NCBI GenBank assembly: GCA_030141605.1
Contig: JAQGDQ010000469.1
Location: forward strand, 111,965-175,964
Reading direction: 5' to 3'
DNA length: 64,000 nt
From: Tubiluchus corallicola
Taxonomy: Eukaryota > Animalia > Priapulida
Part shown: positions 13,522 to 26,858 of the stretch, one piece after another
How the letters are laid out: every line of letters begins with the position of its first letter
Numbering within the stretch: position 1 is the stretch's first letter
The notes under the pieces: model-generated
Told to the model about the DNA's origin: nothing
The model's input: the letters and a program-made list of their open reading frames with translations, nothing else
The model's database searches: none
Made by a program: the position numbers and the translations under genes

Positions 13522-14202
13522 TCACACGGGTAGTTTAGAAGCACAATTTCCGTGAAATATTTTTATTTTACCACCACACTTATAATACGAATCAAATAAA
13601 TTCTGATTAAATTTTCGCTTTGTCAAGTATAACTTGCACAGCTGCCTATTCCAATTGCATGGAATTGTGTAAAATAGTTCAGGGAGCTCCATGCCTATCA
13701 ATGAGAACACATCTTGATCTCCTAAGTGAGTTTTGTAAAAACTGTATTTCTGCTGCAGTTTAGACAAAGTTTCAGTGTTGATTGCATAAGCATACAAGCG
13801 AGACGTCCGCAGTGCGTGTAAGTCGAGTAAAATCACACCCGTGTTAAAGCCTTGGAAACCGTGTAAACTGGATGCAATGCCCGCCCGCTGGTCTCCCGTT
13901 CGGACACGGTAATTCCGGAACGCGCAGTAATACACGGGTTGTAATTCGTTTCCCAGCCCCATCACTGTTTCAGAATTAAATCTGCCAAAATGCTGATGAA
14001 GATGCCATATGTCGTCTGTAAATTTCAGATCAGTGTCCAGTTTGATAACTTTGTGTAACCTTGGCAACAACTTGTGCATCATCAACGAGATGAAGAAAAA
14101 GTTTTTGTCGAATCTACCTCTTGGAGACGCAAACATTTGTCTTATATCCGATAGATGGCTCTGATAAGGAACTAATAGACGATTTAGATCGTAAGAGATG
14201 CA
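13522..14202 (-). CDS. XXYLT1: Xyloside xylosyltransferase 1-like (GT8), coding exon 2 (terminal)
   Basis: TTTTTTCAG acceptor at 14203-14204, phase 0. Encodes the DxD motif LDTDLKF, plus GFNTGVILLDL, HLGDQDVFSLIGMELPELFYTIPCNWNRQLC and IFHGNC, all matching XXYLT1 signature segments. TGA stop at 13524-13522. Confidence 0.9.
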   Translation of the reverse strand, partial: CISYDLNRLLVPYQSHLSDIRQMFASPRGRFDKNFFFISLMMHKLLPRLHKVIKLDTDLKFTDDIWHLHQHFGRFNSETVMGLGNELQPVYYCAFRNYRVRTGDQRAGIASSLHGFQGFNTGVILLDLHALRTSRLYAYAINTETLSKLQQKYSFYKTHLGDQDVFSLIGMELPELFYTIPCNWNRQLCKLYLTKRKFNQNLFDSYYKCGGKIKIFHGNCASKLPV

Positions 14203-15012
14203 CTGAAAAAATGAAAACTGTATTATTAAAAAATAAATAAATCTTATTAGCTGCTAACTGCAAAAATTACTTGCAAAACGCCAAAGCAATTGAAACTGCA
14301 GGCACCTCGCTCTGCAGTTCCTATAAAGAACATAAGGCTTTATTGCAGTAACAATAATATTAAAATGTATTTTATGGGGACTGTATAAACTGGGCTCAAA
14401 TTTCCACTAACAAGAGAAAAATATACTCAATGAATATTGTAGAACACAAACTTTTCTGCTTCCCTTATTTAATTCATTCGATTCTATAAACAAATAAAGA
14501 TTAGAAGTCAATGATAAATTTTCCAAACGCAAGATGGCGCTAGTATATATGTACGCAAGCGTCGATAATTAGCATACATGTTATAGTTGATTGGCGATAA
14601 CATCGAGTATTATAAAGTGAACATGGAAATTTCTATTATTGATAATTACATATTATTAATTGGAACGACATTGCAAAAGCATGTATAGCTATTTTAGTGA
14701 CCTAAGACATTCTAATGAAAAGCTATTATAAATTTATAACAAACTGCAAGCGTGTTACGACTCATCACTGTAATTCACATAAGGGAGGTTAAAACAGCTG
14801 AGATCAATCATCACATCTGACATTGTGTTTAACCTAAATTGTTCAGCTAAATTTACTTTTAACGTAATTTATTATAACCAAAGAAGACACTAACATCAAG
14901 TCAACGATTTAGAAGAATAACCCTACAAATAGTATTGTCTTTCTTACAATTTTATTAGTTTGACTTTATCATTGTCGTGCATAAATTATTTCGACACTTA
15001 AACCTCAATTAC

Positions 15013-15483
15013 CTGATGATTGTCGGCACTGTATCTGTTGACAACAGTTCTGCATATCTCTTCAGCCATTTTGACGCTTTGCAAATCACCAATAAAATGA
15101 CAGTTAATGCTAACTGAGCTGTACTGAAACAAAGATGACAAAGTCGTCTGTAATCCTGATAGAAGCTCTTCACTTTTGCGGTTTTTGTAATCCAATTCTG
15201 TGAAAGTAAACAGAACATCTATTCTACCATTACTAGGCCCGTTTGCATTCATATTTTTTTGTTTACTGCGTTTATTTACTGACAATTCTACTCCATTCTT
15301 ATTTCGTCGTTGATAAATGGCGCTTTGACGAAGGCTATCTAATTTTGCATGAAGATGTGCACTTTGCTGCCATCTTTGCATTCCTGTGACGTGCGTAGCA
15401 TTTGTCATGGAAATTTTGACTAATAGACACAGAAAAACGATTATACAACAGGAGCATTCCAGTCTTAAGGCACGTGACAACAT
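15013..15483 (-). CDS. XXYLT1: Xyloside xylosyltransferase 1-like (GT8), coding exon 1
   Basis: ATG at 15483, N-terminal hydrophobic anchor (CCIIVFLCLLV), IDVLFTFT and LQTTLSSLFQYSSVSINCHFIGD. CAG|GTAATT donor at 15012, phase 0, joins exon 2 in frame to give about 383 aa. The start codon choice is uncertain. Confidence 0.82.
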
Positions 15484-16753
15484 GGCATGCTTCTGAACGC
15501 TCAAACTGACGATGTATAGCCTACCACACCACTGAGCACACAAAAGTTTTCTTAACTTGCTAGTTTTCCAAAATCTCTGGGACACACCACTTCTGCATTT
15601 TATTTGATCTAAATATGAAATATCTGAATTTTGTTTTACACTAAACCAGTTCGATTTCACCAGAGGAACCAGTTTACAACGCTAGACTTGAAAATCCCGT
15701 CTTTTCTGTTGAACTCAAGTCGTAGAAACTTGCAAAGTTCATGAAGCATAACCGGTTCCTTTTAAATGCCACTGTCCGGTATAAGGTGCTTTGAGAAAAG
15801 CAGCATTGCAGTATTAGACAGTTGTCGTATGTGATATTATTAGCGTACTCGATTTGTACTCAAACTGTCGCAGCTAGCGCATAAGGCTTCAATGTTTGTC
15901 TATTGAACCTCCATTACAAACATTGCATTACAATCTGATAAACAAAGAGAGGCTAATAAAGACTTATCATCATCAAAATGATAAACAAGACGGGTTTAAT
16001 CAACAATGAAAGAAACGTTTACTAGAGATAAAATCCCCTTGCAAAGGGATTTTGTGGCTCGAGGATACAGGACAAATAACAATTCACAAAGTATTAAAAA
16101 CAATTATCACAACTTTAGATAAAGCAGTATCAATAACTCTTTATACAATTATATCTAGATAGATAATAACTGATTCCTAGTTTGAAAAAGCTGATTTCAG
16201 AAGAGCTACAATAATCTTATATTCTTCGATATCTTGACTGCTGATTTATAAAGACAAATTTGTCATTGTAATTTGGTATGGCAGAAAATACAGGGAACAG
16301 ATTTTCAATATTATTGAAAAGTGTCACTCTATCATCCTAATAACGTGAACATTTCATGACTAAATGTGTTTCATCTTCGATTTGGTTAATGTCACAGTAA
16401 TTGCAAATTCTCTCACGTGCAGTTATTTTAAAAGGTTTATAGTACCGGCCAGATTAAAATGGCTAATTTATGGGCGCTTACCCTAAATTTAATACCCTGC
16501 TTTGTGGCGTTGAGTGATAAATAGTTTTCAAGTTGACATTCCTTTTTGAAGGTGAGACATGTCTTCATCTTACTTCTTCCAGACACAATTATTACTAAAT
16601 GTAAATAAATGACTATGCACCATTTACAATACTGATAAAAACTTTTTTAAATTTAGTAAGAACATTTATAAACGTGCTTACAAATGTAGTTCGGTACTAT
16701 TCTCTGAGATGCTGTTAGGGTGGGTAATTTTCTTATATTTTTGAATACATAAA

Positions 16754-17913
16754 TGTATGAATATTGTTCTACTTTGCTATATGGCAACAGCATAAGTAAA
16801 AGCGCGTACCGTATAGCATGTTTTTCTATGCCCATTTTTGTGGTTACATCATCGTCATATTACTGTGTTGACGTCATTGACCGTCGGCTAGGCTGTTGGA
16901 TTTCGCTACCATACGATGCACGATACTTTAATCATCTAACGGCACACAAAAGCATCAAACGGCCATGATGAAACTCATGATGGCGCCCAAAATTTAGCCC
17001 ACGTAGCACCTGCATATCAATTCCAGGAAATGTATTATTTTTTATTGTGAGTTCAGTGCATGCATTAGTAATGTCTATAATTCTAGACATAATTGTATTA
17101 TTTCACTGACTGATTTCTATTTTTCTACGTTAGACCCTTACAAGGACCTGTAGCTGTTTCAGTAAAGTATATACCTATATTTTTAGGGCTATAATTTTAA
17201 GCGTCAACAGTATATTTCTAAGCTTCAGGTAAACGAGCATATTAGATGATACTGAAGCACGAAGCATTTCAGAAGCTAATTCTTCTTGCAGAAAAACACA
17301 AAAAAATGTTTCAGTTCTCGGAATTTTAATGATATAACGATATACTCATTCATTTGTGCCAAAACATTTCTTTGTGAATCGTCACTACTCCATGACTCGT
17401 ATTTCAGTGAAACTGTGTCCATTATAGTTAAATAAAAAGAAGCTTAATTTTGTTGATAAAACTAATGAAATTTTGTTAAAACTAGTCAAAACAATGGCAA
17501 ATAAAGTATAATAGATTTTTTTGCAAAAAACACATTAGTGATGGTGGCTTTAGTAATTATATTAAAGACTATATAATTTGCGCGTCTCGCCAGCATAAAG
17601 GAAAAAGGCGTGGTAAAGGCTACATAGATCCAATGCTAAAGTAAAAAACTAGCGTTGCCTTATACACAATAAAATCTTCTAAAAAAACTCAGTACAAATG
17701 GGCACCCCACTAGCATCCATAACGAATCCTTCAATTAAGTCGCAAACAAATTCTGGAGAAACAATATTATCATTACATACCTATTACAATTGTTACAGAT
17801 TGGTCAGGTAGAATTCTAAAACAAAAGAAATCTGCCGCTTTGAAAACATGCTATACTCTACTCGTGTTTACTTATGCCGTTGCCGTATAGCAAAGTAGAA
17901 CAATATTCATACA
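16754..17913. mobile_element. Pair of about 70-bp inverted repeats 1 kb apart (non-autonomous TIR element or two inverted repeat copies)
   Basis: TGTATGAATATTGTTCTACTTTGCTATATGGCAACAGCATAAGTAAA (16754-16824) is the near-exact reverse complement of 17843-17913. Both give YEYCSTLLYGN in opposite-strand ORFs. Confidence 0.7.
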
Positions 17914-18590
17914 ATTGCCCCCCCCCCCAACAGTGTCTCCACGAATAGCAAAATGTGGAGATGTTGCAGTGCCCTAAAGTGGAGATATGGAAGTTAAAAA
18001 ATTTACTGATTAACCAGAAATTGTTGTGCATAAAATTTCGGCTATACGACACAATTCTAGATTAAGAGGTGCGAATTAGTTTCGCTATGAATTAATGTAT
18101 GCCATTCAACCAGCACTGTGATAGACATGTAGTTGTGTTTGCTGTAAATTGTTGTATTTTTTCTTTTTTTGCAAACTACGCTTAAAAAGAGCCCTGTATT
18201 TGTACGGACGTGTTCCTGTATGCGTTGTTTATTTAAGTTTGCAATTTGTTAACAATATTTGTATTTATATTCCTGAAATAAAGCTTTTCTATTGTAAAAA
18301 AGTTCTGAAGTCGGACATACAGAATATTTCTCGAGGAAAAAAAGAATGTCAGAAAGCTGCCAAGATATCATCCATGAGGATAAATCAAAATTTACAGTGA
18401 ATGTAGCAGCTAAAGGTCATAGTAACACGAGATTAAATTTGAGAAAGTTAAGCATCTGGGATATTAGATTGGACAAAAATTAGTGGACAAAAGGATGTAG
18501 CCAGAATAATGTTAACAGACGCTTTGCTGTTGTAGATAGACATTCATGTGGCTCATATAACTATGTGTGAATAAAGTTAGTTCTATAAAA

Positions 18591-18660
18591 TTACTTCTAT
18601 AAAATTACTTCTATAAAATTATTTCTATAAAATTACTTCTATAAAATTACTTCTATAAAA
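18591..18660. repeat. 14-bp tandem repeat (TTCTATAAAATTAC) x5
   Basis: Direct reading. Confidence 0.9.
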
Positions 18661-18880
18661 GCATTTCTCAGTTGATACCGCTGTTAAGTTCTATGGTTTT
18701 TCATCTTTCGTTTCCGTCTAAAGTCTGTATCTCAGGCGTCGGCTGGGAGAACTCCTATCTACTGAAGGTTGGTAAGTTCTCGTCATACAGGTGGAATAAT
18801 CACAGAAAATTTACCTTATTATTAGAAATTAAGATGTCACCTTTTAAATAGCCTAACGTAAACATGTAACAAAAAAAACG

Positions 18881-19013
18881 TTAGGCTAAAGTTTACAATT
18901 TCCCACACACAAGAAATGAGTTCGTGATTCAGGATCAGGGTTAAGGTTAGGGTTATGGCTAGGGTTGGGTTGGAGTGTTTAAATTGCTAGGGGAATTGCA
19001 AACTCCTTCCAAA
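18881..19013 (+). mobile_element. Short interspersed repeat with internal degenerate TTAGGG tract (copy 1)
   Basis: Shares GGCTAAAGTTTA..CCCACACA..GAAAT.AGTTCGTGA..GGGTTAGG..GGGGAATTG..CTTCC with 33783-33940. Confidence 0.65.
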
Positions 19014-19874
19014 CTTTACTACTACAGAAAAATTTTAAAAATTGAACAATGTAATGGTCAGGGCTGTTTGGTAAAAAGGGAAGATGACGAGATAATAAAA
19101 TTCATCATGTTTTACAGCTTTATTTGCAAGTTTCTACAGATATTTGACTTTGTGAGATGAATTAAAGGGTACTGATGGTGTAATTTGACCACTTCGCGTG
19201 CCCTAAGTTCACTAACAAATGTCTCCACATGAAAACCACAATATAACTTTCTCTTCATTCTTTATAGAAAAGTTTTGGAGTTATAAACCTCCAAAGTGCA
19301 AGAGTTTTTCTTGACCTTTTAGTGTCCCGCGACTACGTACCAAAGTGAAAAATTTTATAAAAATCACCAAAACGCCGTATGAATAGCCTAAATGATTATT
19401 CGTGAAAATTTGAAAGCACCCGTATCCAGTCATTCCTTATTTCGTCAAAATTTGGCCGTATTAACCTTGACCGTAACAAATTATTATCCTTTGAATATTG
19501 TTACTACTATAAGATAATTTTGTTAATTGATTAACAAAGGTGATAATCGAATGATAGTCGAAGGAGGGCTGAAAAATAAATTAACAAATAATTAACACCC
19601 AAACTGGCAGACGAAATGACTACCCTTTTCTTGCATACCTATCTACCTTCCTGTTGACCTATCTAATTAGTTACCTATTTACCTAATTACATATTAACAA
19701 CGTCGTTAGCAATTACCAAAATTAATTATTATCGCAGTGACTATGAAATACTAAATTTTTGCCAGGCAGCTAATCAGCACATAATCTAATTATAGCAGAA
19801 ATTTTAAGCACATTTAGGCAAATAGTTATGTCAATTATAATTGTGTATGTATTTGTGTAGATTTAAGTTTGAGA

Positions 19875-19954
19875 AACCGGAAGTACATGCGTATTCTTTT
19901 AGCCTTCATATTTGCCAACATTGCGTCACTATGCTACGCCTCCGTCTATAAGAA
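19875..19954 (+). promoter_or_regulatory. Putative FoxL2 core promoter
   Basis: ETS-type AACCGGAAGT (19875-19884), TTGCGTCA bZIP-type site (19921-19928) and TATA-like TATAAGAA (19947-19954) lie just upstream of a putative non-coding exon. Confidence 0.5.
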
Positions 19955-19979
19955 GCCATCATGATCTGCCATCCGTCCT

Positions 19980-20204
19980 CTAGCATTTCAATAGTCTCCT
20001 CTTTCTCAGCTGCAGTTCATCATCTTAACTCCGCCTCCCCTTTTCAGCATTCGGCTAAGTGGGATAGTAAACTCCTCCCAAACTCTTTTGGTTAACACAA
20101 GAATATTGCTTTTAGTTTTACATTTTGCACGCAGCGGATAGCTGAGCATACGGTGCACATTGCCAAGTTTTGTTTTTACTAACTTGCTTTTAGTTATTTT
20201 ATTG
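19980..20204 (+). other. Putative 5' non-coding exon of FoxL2
   Basis: GC-richer segment about 30 nt after the TATA-like box, ending at a G|GTAAGT donor (20205). A matching TCTCTTACAG acceptor at 21757-21758 lies 19 nt before the FoxL2 ATG. The start position is approximate. Confidence 0.5.
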
Positions 20205-20920
20205 GTAAGTAACAGTATTTACATATATATTAATATTATATTTTTTTATAATAATGAATATCAGTCTTTTTTATTACTGTTAATTAAAGTTGATTTATAA
20301 CACTCAGTAAAATATTACTTTTCTAAATTAACCATAGTATTAAACCATAAATATTAAATCTTTTGTTTTATTTATGACTGCACCAACTAACTATAATTTC
20401 TTTTTCTAACTCGATGGAGTTACTTAATTTGCTAGAAGAGCTGAAAACATTTTAAATCTTAGTATTGCAGTTTCAACGTTTGTGCAGCTAGACAAAACTA
20501 CATTCATGAGTATTTATCCAATGAGGTTTTATTTCAGCCTGTCAAAGCTAATTGTGTGTTGCACTGTTATTTTTAAATGGTGTTTACAGTTTTACATAAT
20601 AATGCTTTACAAACAAAGTGTCATCATTGTTCCCTGCCATCTATATTCCACAATGGCTAACATTAAAAATGTTTCTTCACCTTCTATTTCTTTTACGAAC
20701 GTCAGCATTTTGCCAAGTACATTTATTCTTATTGTAACCCATAATACTTACTGTATACAATCTTAAAATATGCTTCAAAGTATACGTAGTGCTTACAATA
20801 CTGATACTACACTGATAGTAATAATGTAAGTTGCCGAAATTATCAAGTTTTGTTCTTCTGGTTTTTTATTACATAAAACTGTTTATTAGCGCAAAAGTAA
20901 TACTAATGTAATACAAAAAC

Positions 20921-21025
<105 letters not shown>

Positions 21026-21777
21026 ACTAATAAAAGAAGCATTCTTTTCAAACTACTAATTTTGAAAGACTTAATAATTTCCTGAATTAATGATTTAGGA
21101 GGATTATATTCAGTTTTAATAATTAAGTACTGTAATTTTTTTTTATTAAATATGGACCTGTAGACATATAGACATTAAGTTCATAGACTTAATTATTGTT
21201 TATTGTTAATCTCAGTTTATTAAATATTTGCGTTCTGTTTGCTAATTCTTTCAAGTATTTCTTTGTTTTTTTAACATTTTTCATAACCTCCTTAATTTCA
21301 AAACAGTGCAATGATTTGCTGTTAAAACTTTCAGACTTCATTAACAGGTCCTAGAAGCTCTAAGGATTGCTAGCAAATTTTATATAATGCGATTAGACGC
21401 ATTTCATGCTTGCAGTTATAATAAAAAACCTTTACAATATTATTTATCATTTATTAAAATAAGTATTCATTCAAATTTTCATGCTTTGTGTTCGCCACGC
21501 TTATGTAGTCATATATTTACGCAGTTTTTTCCATACTGGCTAACTATTTATTTATTTATTAACGCCGACGCGGGCCCAGATCAAAACAATACGTTCCCGC
21601 TTGTAAATAATCAAAAACCAACGGGACACAAGCCCTCCAAAAACATTGCAGTGCCTGCGCTGATACCCGAGTGTACTCACGCTACAGGCTGCGCTCATGG
21701 CTAAGCTAGATGTGAATAAACATTTGTGTTTCATGGTGTATCATTGATTCTCTTACAGTGTTAATGGCCATATAATT

Positions 21778-22638
21778 ATGGTTCTTACAATGATGGAATC
21801 CTACACACCTTTCTCGTCTTTTGCTGAGCATCGTCAAAATTCGCTCAGCAGCACTAACAGCACTAACACCACCGTCATCGACAGAGGAACGGCGATTCCT
21901 AAGCAGGAGTTGTCTCTGCCTTCCGACGGTTCGAACGAAGGAAGTTCAGCAAAAGTTGAGGTGACCAAGTTGGATCGAAACGAGGACCAAAAAGAGACCT
22001 CAGAGACATGTGAAAAAGACAAGGATCCTAATGTGAAACCACCTTATTCTTACGTGGCGTTGATTGCCATGGCCATTAAAGACTCGGGTGATAGGCGACT
22101 AACACTGTCTCAGATTTACCAGTTCATCATGACAAAGTTTCCTTTTTATGAGAAAAATAGAAAAGGCTGGCAGAACAGCATCAGGCACAATCTTAGTCTG
22201 AATGAATGTTTTATAAAAGTGCCTAGAGAAGGGGGTGGAGAGAGAAAGGGCAACTACTGGACCTTAGACCCTGCTTGTGAAGACATGTTTGAGAAAGGGA
22301 ACTACAGAAGAAGGAGGCGAATGCGGCGACCAGCACCTTACAGACCGACCACAATGCCGAAACCCGGTCTGTTCGGGGACCCCGGGTTTGGAGGTCCCCA
22401 ATTCGGACTTACACCAAAGAGTTATTTTTCCCCACCTTACAGTAGCCCAAACTGGCCAGTGAACCACATCCAATCGCCGCAGATAAATTACAGTTCTTGT
22501 CAGCGGGTTCCACAGATGTTGGGACAATATTCACCCACAATGCCGGGTTCAATGGGTTCAGTGGGATCAATGGGCACGGTGGGATCTATGGGAGGAATGG
22601 GATCCATGCAGAGTATGCAAAGCATGCAAAGTATGCAG
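21778..22638 (+). CDS. FOXL2: Forkhead box L2, coding exon 1
   Basis: Forkhead domain [14 protein letters not shown]...[57 protein letters not shown] is diagnostic of FoxL2. The N-terminal MMESY resembles vertebrate MMASY (alternative start at 21790). CAG|GTAAGT donor at 22639, phase 0. Confidence 0.96.
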
Positions 22639-24199
22639 GTAAGTGTATTTTTACATCGTATCTCTATTTTAAGTTTACATAGGCATATCTATGCATGTAA
22701 CAATAAATTCAGTATTCTGTTTTAACTCGGTCACGTGGGGTAGGTCAGTATTTTCGGGACGTTCTGTCTAAAGCAAAAATACCTTACTTTTTCATGCAAT
22801 CTAAAAATATTTGTTTATGCTGATGAATGCAGCTGTAATTTATAGCAACAAGTATTTTAATTTCCTTAGTTACTAGTTTTTCAATTTCGCACTTGCAAGA
22901 AAAGAGCACCCGATGTTTTGAGGATACTGGGACTGGATACTGAGAATGCGGGGCTTTAATATGAAAAGCGTATAATTGCAAGGCGTAGCATCTAAATCCG
23001 TCATCGTGTTAATAGAGATTGCCGTTTGAAGGGAAATCGTAAGGATAGGAAATCTTCATAGAAATGAGATTGTGGTGCAGATAAGTTAACAATTTCAAAC
23101 AAGACTAAGAGAAAAGCAACTATTTACATGCAAAATTGTTGGTAAATTAAATCGATGTAACTTATAAGCAATCGAAGTGATTCTCGAAATCAGTAATGAA
23201 ATTTAATCATTTTGCGTTCACTAAAAGTGAACATCATTCCTCAAAAATTTCTTATCTTATTTTTTCTAACCCGTCTTTGCTCTAAGACACTCTGACCACC
23301 AAAGTTTTCGATGTACTTATCAGGTTTAATAGCAAGAATAGATGCCGTTGATAATGACAACTCCAAATTTTATTATTAAAAATTTCATTCTTTTTTCATT
23401 CTGAGATTTTAGTTACTTATCAAATTTGTAGATTTGTACATTTTTCAGTCGTTGTGCAATTAACGGATGGATTTTGTACCAACAAAGCAGGGATTTTTAT
23501 ATGGTTTGATAAATACCCACAAAATAACAAACTTTATGACATTTTTCTTAAGAAAATCAACGTTTTCACTGCACATTTACCAAAAGCACATTTACCGGTC
23601 AGCTTGAAGTATTAGTGTGCATTGGAAACGTGATTTTCTTGTTAAAAATGTTGCAAAATTTGTTGTTTTGTGAGTTATTTATTAAACAGATGCAGTTCTT
23701 ACTGCTAAAACGTTCAAAATCTCTATTTCTTGCAAAGTATATAACCTGTGTTGTAATTTGTAAGAATTTTGCTAAAAGCTAATAAATATTTTGTAACTTA
23801 TTTGCTTTAAACAAATTGTTTATATTTTTCTCAACAGAGGTTTGTTCTAAGTTTATTTTAGATCTTAATAAACAAAGTTAGAACGGTACAAAACTTGCAG
23901 TTATAAGTTGCAAATTTAAATATTTTAATGAAAGCGGAGTTTTACATTACTTATATTCAAATTTCTGTATCGCTTAAGGGTCCTTGGGTAACAAAGTAAT
24001 CTAGTTCTATCAAACTGTTTTGCTGAAATGCATTTTCTTTATTTCTTATATGAAAGGCTGATGTCATATGAATCAAGTAATGATTTCACTGGATAAAGTC
24101 GAACTACGCAATGTTGAAAATCGAGAAATTAGATATTATTAATCTCACTTAGTTTTGTTTTCACTGTTCATTATTACATTATTAATAGTGATAAATTAT

Positions 24200-24378
24200 T
24201 TGGGAGGTCGTGGTTTCAACTCCTGGCCGAGTCATGCCAAAGACTAAAAAAATGGTACCGCTGATTCTTCGAAGTAACATGCGGGTAATAATAATCTGGA
24301 TCACCTTGGAAATAAGTCTTGAGTTTCTTAAGGTGTTACCCGTGGACTGTATATCCTAAACGAATTTATTATTATTGT
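24200..24378 (+). mobile_element. tRNA-derived SINE remnant in the FoxL2 coding intron
   Basis: B-box-like GGTTTCAACTCC followed by GAGTCATGCCAAAGACTAAAAAAATGGTACC, which resembles the core of widespread metazoan SINEs (MetaSINE/MESC type, from memory). A LINE-like tail ends in (ATT)n. Confidence 0.5.
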
Positions 24379-24966
24379 GATTATTTACGGGGCATATGAA
24401 ATTCTTCTGGCACCAAAATGAAAATACTGCGGAAATAATTAGAAAGGAAAATGATCAAAAACCAAGAGCTCAAATCACCTCTTGATAAAAATGGTTAAAC
24501 GTCTTAGTAAAAACCTAACATTAGCATTGTATTATACTGTTCGGCACCTAAATTATGTAACAGTATCTAGACGAAGTACGGGGAAACAGCTACTTCTTCT
24601 TGCAGCTGCGTCTCGAGTCAAAATAGACTAGTATCTTGCCGAAACGATTGAATATATACTGCCTAATACTGGCTGAGATACGAAAATTAAATATATTTTT
24701 TTGTTGCTGAAACAAAGCTTGCCAGCTAGGCCGAATTAGATTTTTGAACTTTATAAGTAAATTAGCTACTAAAATGAAAAATGGTCTTTTTGCTTTTTTT
24801 TCTTGTTTTTTTTTTGATTATGTAAAATGCTATACAATATTAAGACAACCTAGAATCTTTGCCACCGTAAAGATGTAATCAATTAAAAATTGTAAACAAT
24901 TCCTCGATTTCTTTTACAGTACGATAAACTAACATTGAAAAATTCTCTGATTTTGATATTTGACAG

Positions 24967-25146
24967 AGTTTCATGAATGGCTACAACATGAACCACAGTG
25001 GGATCAACCATGTTGGTGATTTGAGTTCACCCACTCCCGCTTATCCAGGATTCCCAACTTGTAGAAGGCAGACTGACCCTCCAGTGGGCTCTATGAACTC
25101 AATGCCTCACTATTCGTACTGGACGGACAAGACGCAGCATTTATAA
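24967..25146 (+). CDS. FOXL2: Forkhead box L2, coding exon 2 (terminal)
   Basis: TTTGACAG acceptor at 24965-24966, phase 0. Translates SFMNGYNMNHSG...FPTCRRQTDPPVGSMNSMPHYSYWTDKTQHL*, matching the FoxL2 C-terminal C.RQ...H.SYW motif. It is just below the ORF-track size cutoff. Confidence 0.9.
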   Translation, partial: SFMNGYNMNHSGINHVGDLSSPTPAYPGFPTCRRQTDPPVGSMNSMPHYSYWTDKTQHL

Positions 25147-26233
25147 TCAATTAGGAACTTAATTGTTTAATAATTTCCTTTTCAGCTAACACGTGAAGTA
25201 AAATAAATAGTCGTCAAATGTGCCGAAATTCAACACAAAATCATTTGTTTAAATTGTATAACATCTTCAAGGCTCATCTTAGATGATACATTTACTCACA
25301 AAGAAATTTAAATCCAAGTTTTTCAGCGGTTATACTTTTTTAAATGTATTTGTTACTGGGCCGTTTCAATAACTTTAATGGGTGCAAATTATTATGTGCC
25401 AAATTTCTGTGCTATTTTATCATTTTTGTTTTGATGTTCAATATTTCGATCTGCTTTATATAGAAACTGTTTTATGCCAAAATAATCAAAGTTCGTATAA
25501 CGATATGTTTAAAGTTTTTTAGGTTAAGTAATGTCCTTTTATATAAAATTCTAGGTAGATATGAATGGGTGAATGGAAGATTTTTATACGATACAAATAT
25601 TTCAGCAAGGATTACGGAAATGCTCATGAATGCTTCCATAATTGGTGATGAAATGTTTGTTTTCCAATAAAAACCATCTACCCACCCATTAATATCTACT
25701 TAGTATTTCATAAAAATGGATGTCAATGAGAGATTGCCCTTACATGAGGCTTAATCTCTTGTATAAACTATATTTACAATTCAAGTACGTAATTATAATC
25801 ATATGAGGTAGGCCTACATAAATTATTTTCTTGCCTGTAATTATCGCTACACCTTTGTAAGTACTGCCACTGAATTCGTCTAAGTGTTGGCTTATGTGGC
25901 GAGTTTACATTTAAAAAAATCTTTGAACACCTGAACGTTGTTGACTTATTTTCGTTTGTAATTTTGCTGACAAAATGTAATAGCACAACCAATATCTTGT
26001 AATTTTCTAGTCCTGCGCTCTACTCGTGACGTTTAATATGTAAATCTTATTGTAACCTTTTGATAAATTATTAATAGTTTTGAAATTTGAGATTGACTGT
26101 AAATAAAATTATACAATAATTACAATAGACAAAATTTGATTTTATAACTCACTCTTTTTATTATTAATGTAGCTCAGTTATATCTCATATGAGGATACGT
26201 TACCTTCAAATAATATCAATAATCAATATCAAA

Positions 26234-26858
<625 letters not shown>

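Noticed and set aside
21834-22527. Antisense ORFs over FoxL2
   Set aside because: Short shadow frames of a GC-richer coding exon; an antisense transcript cannot be inferred from sequence alone.
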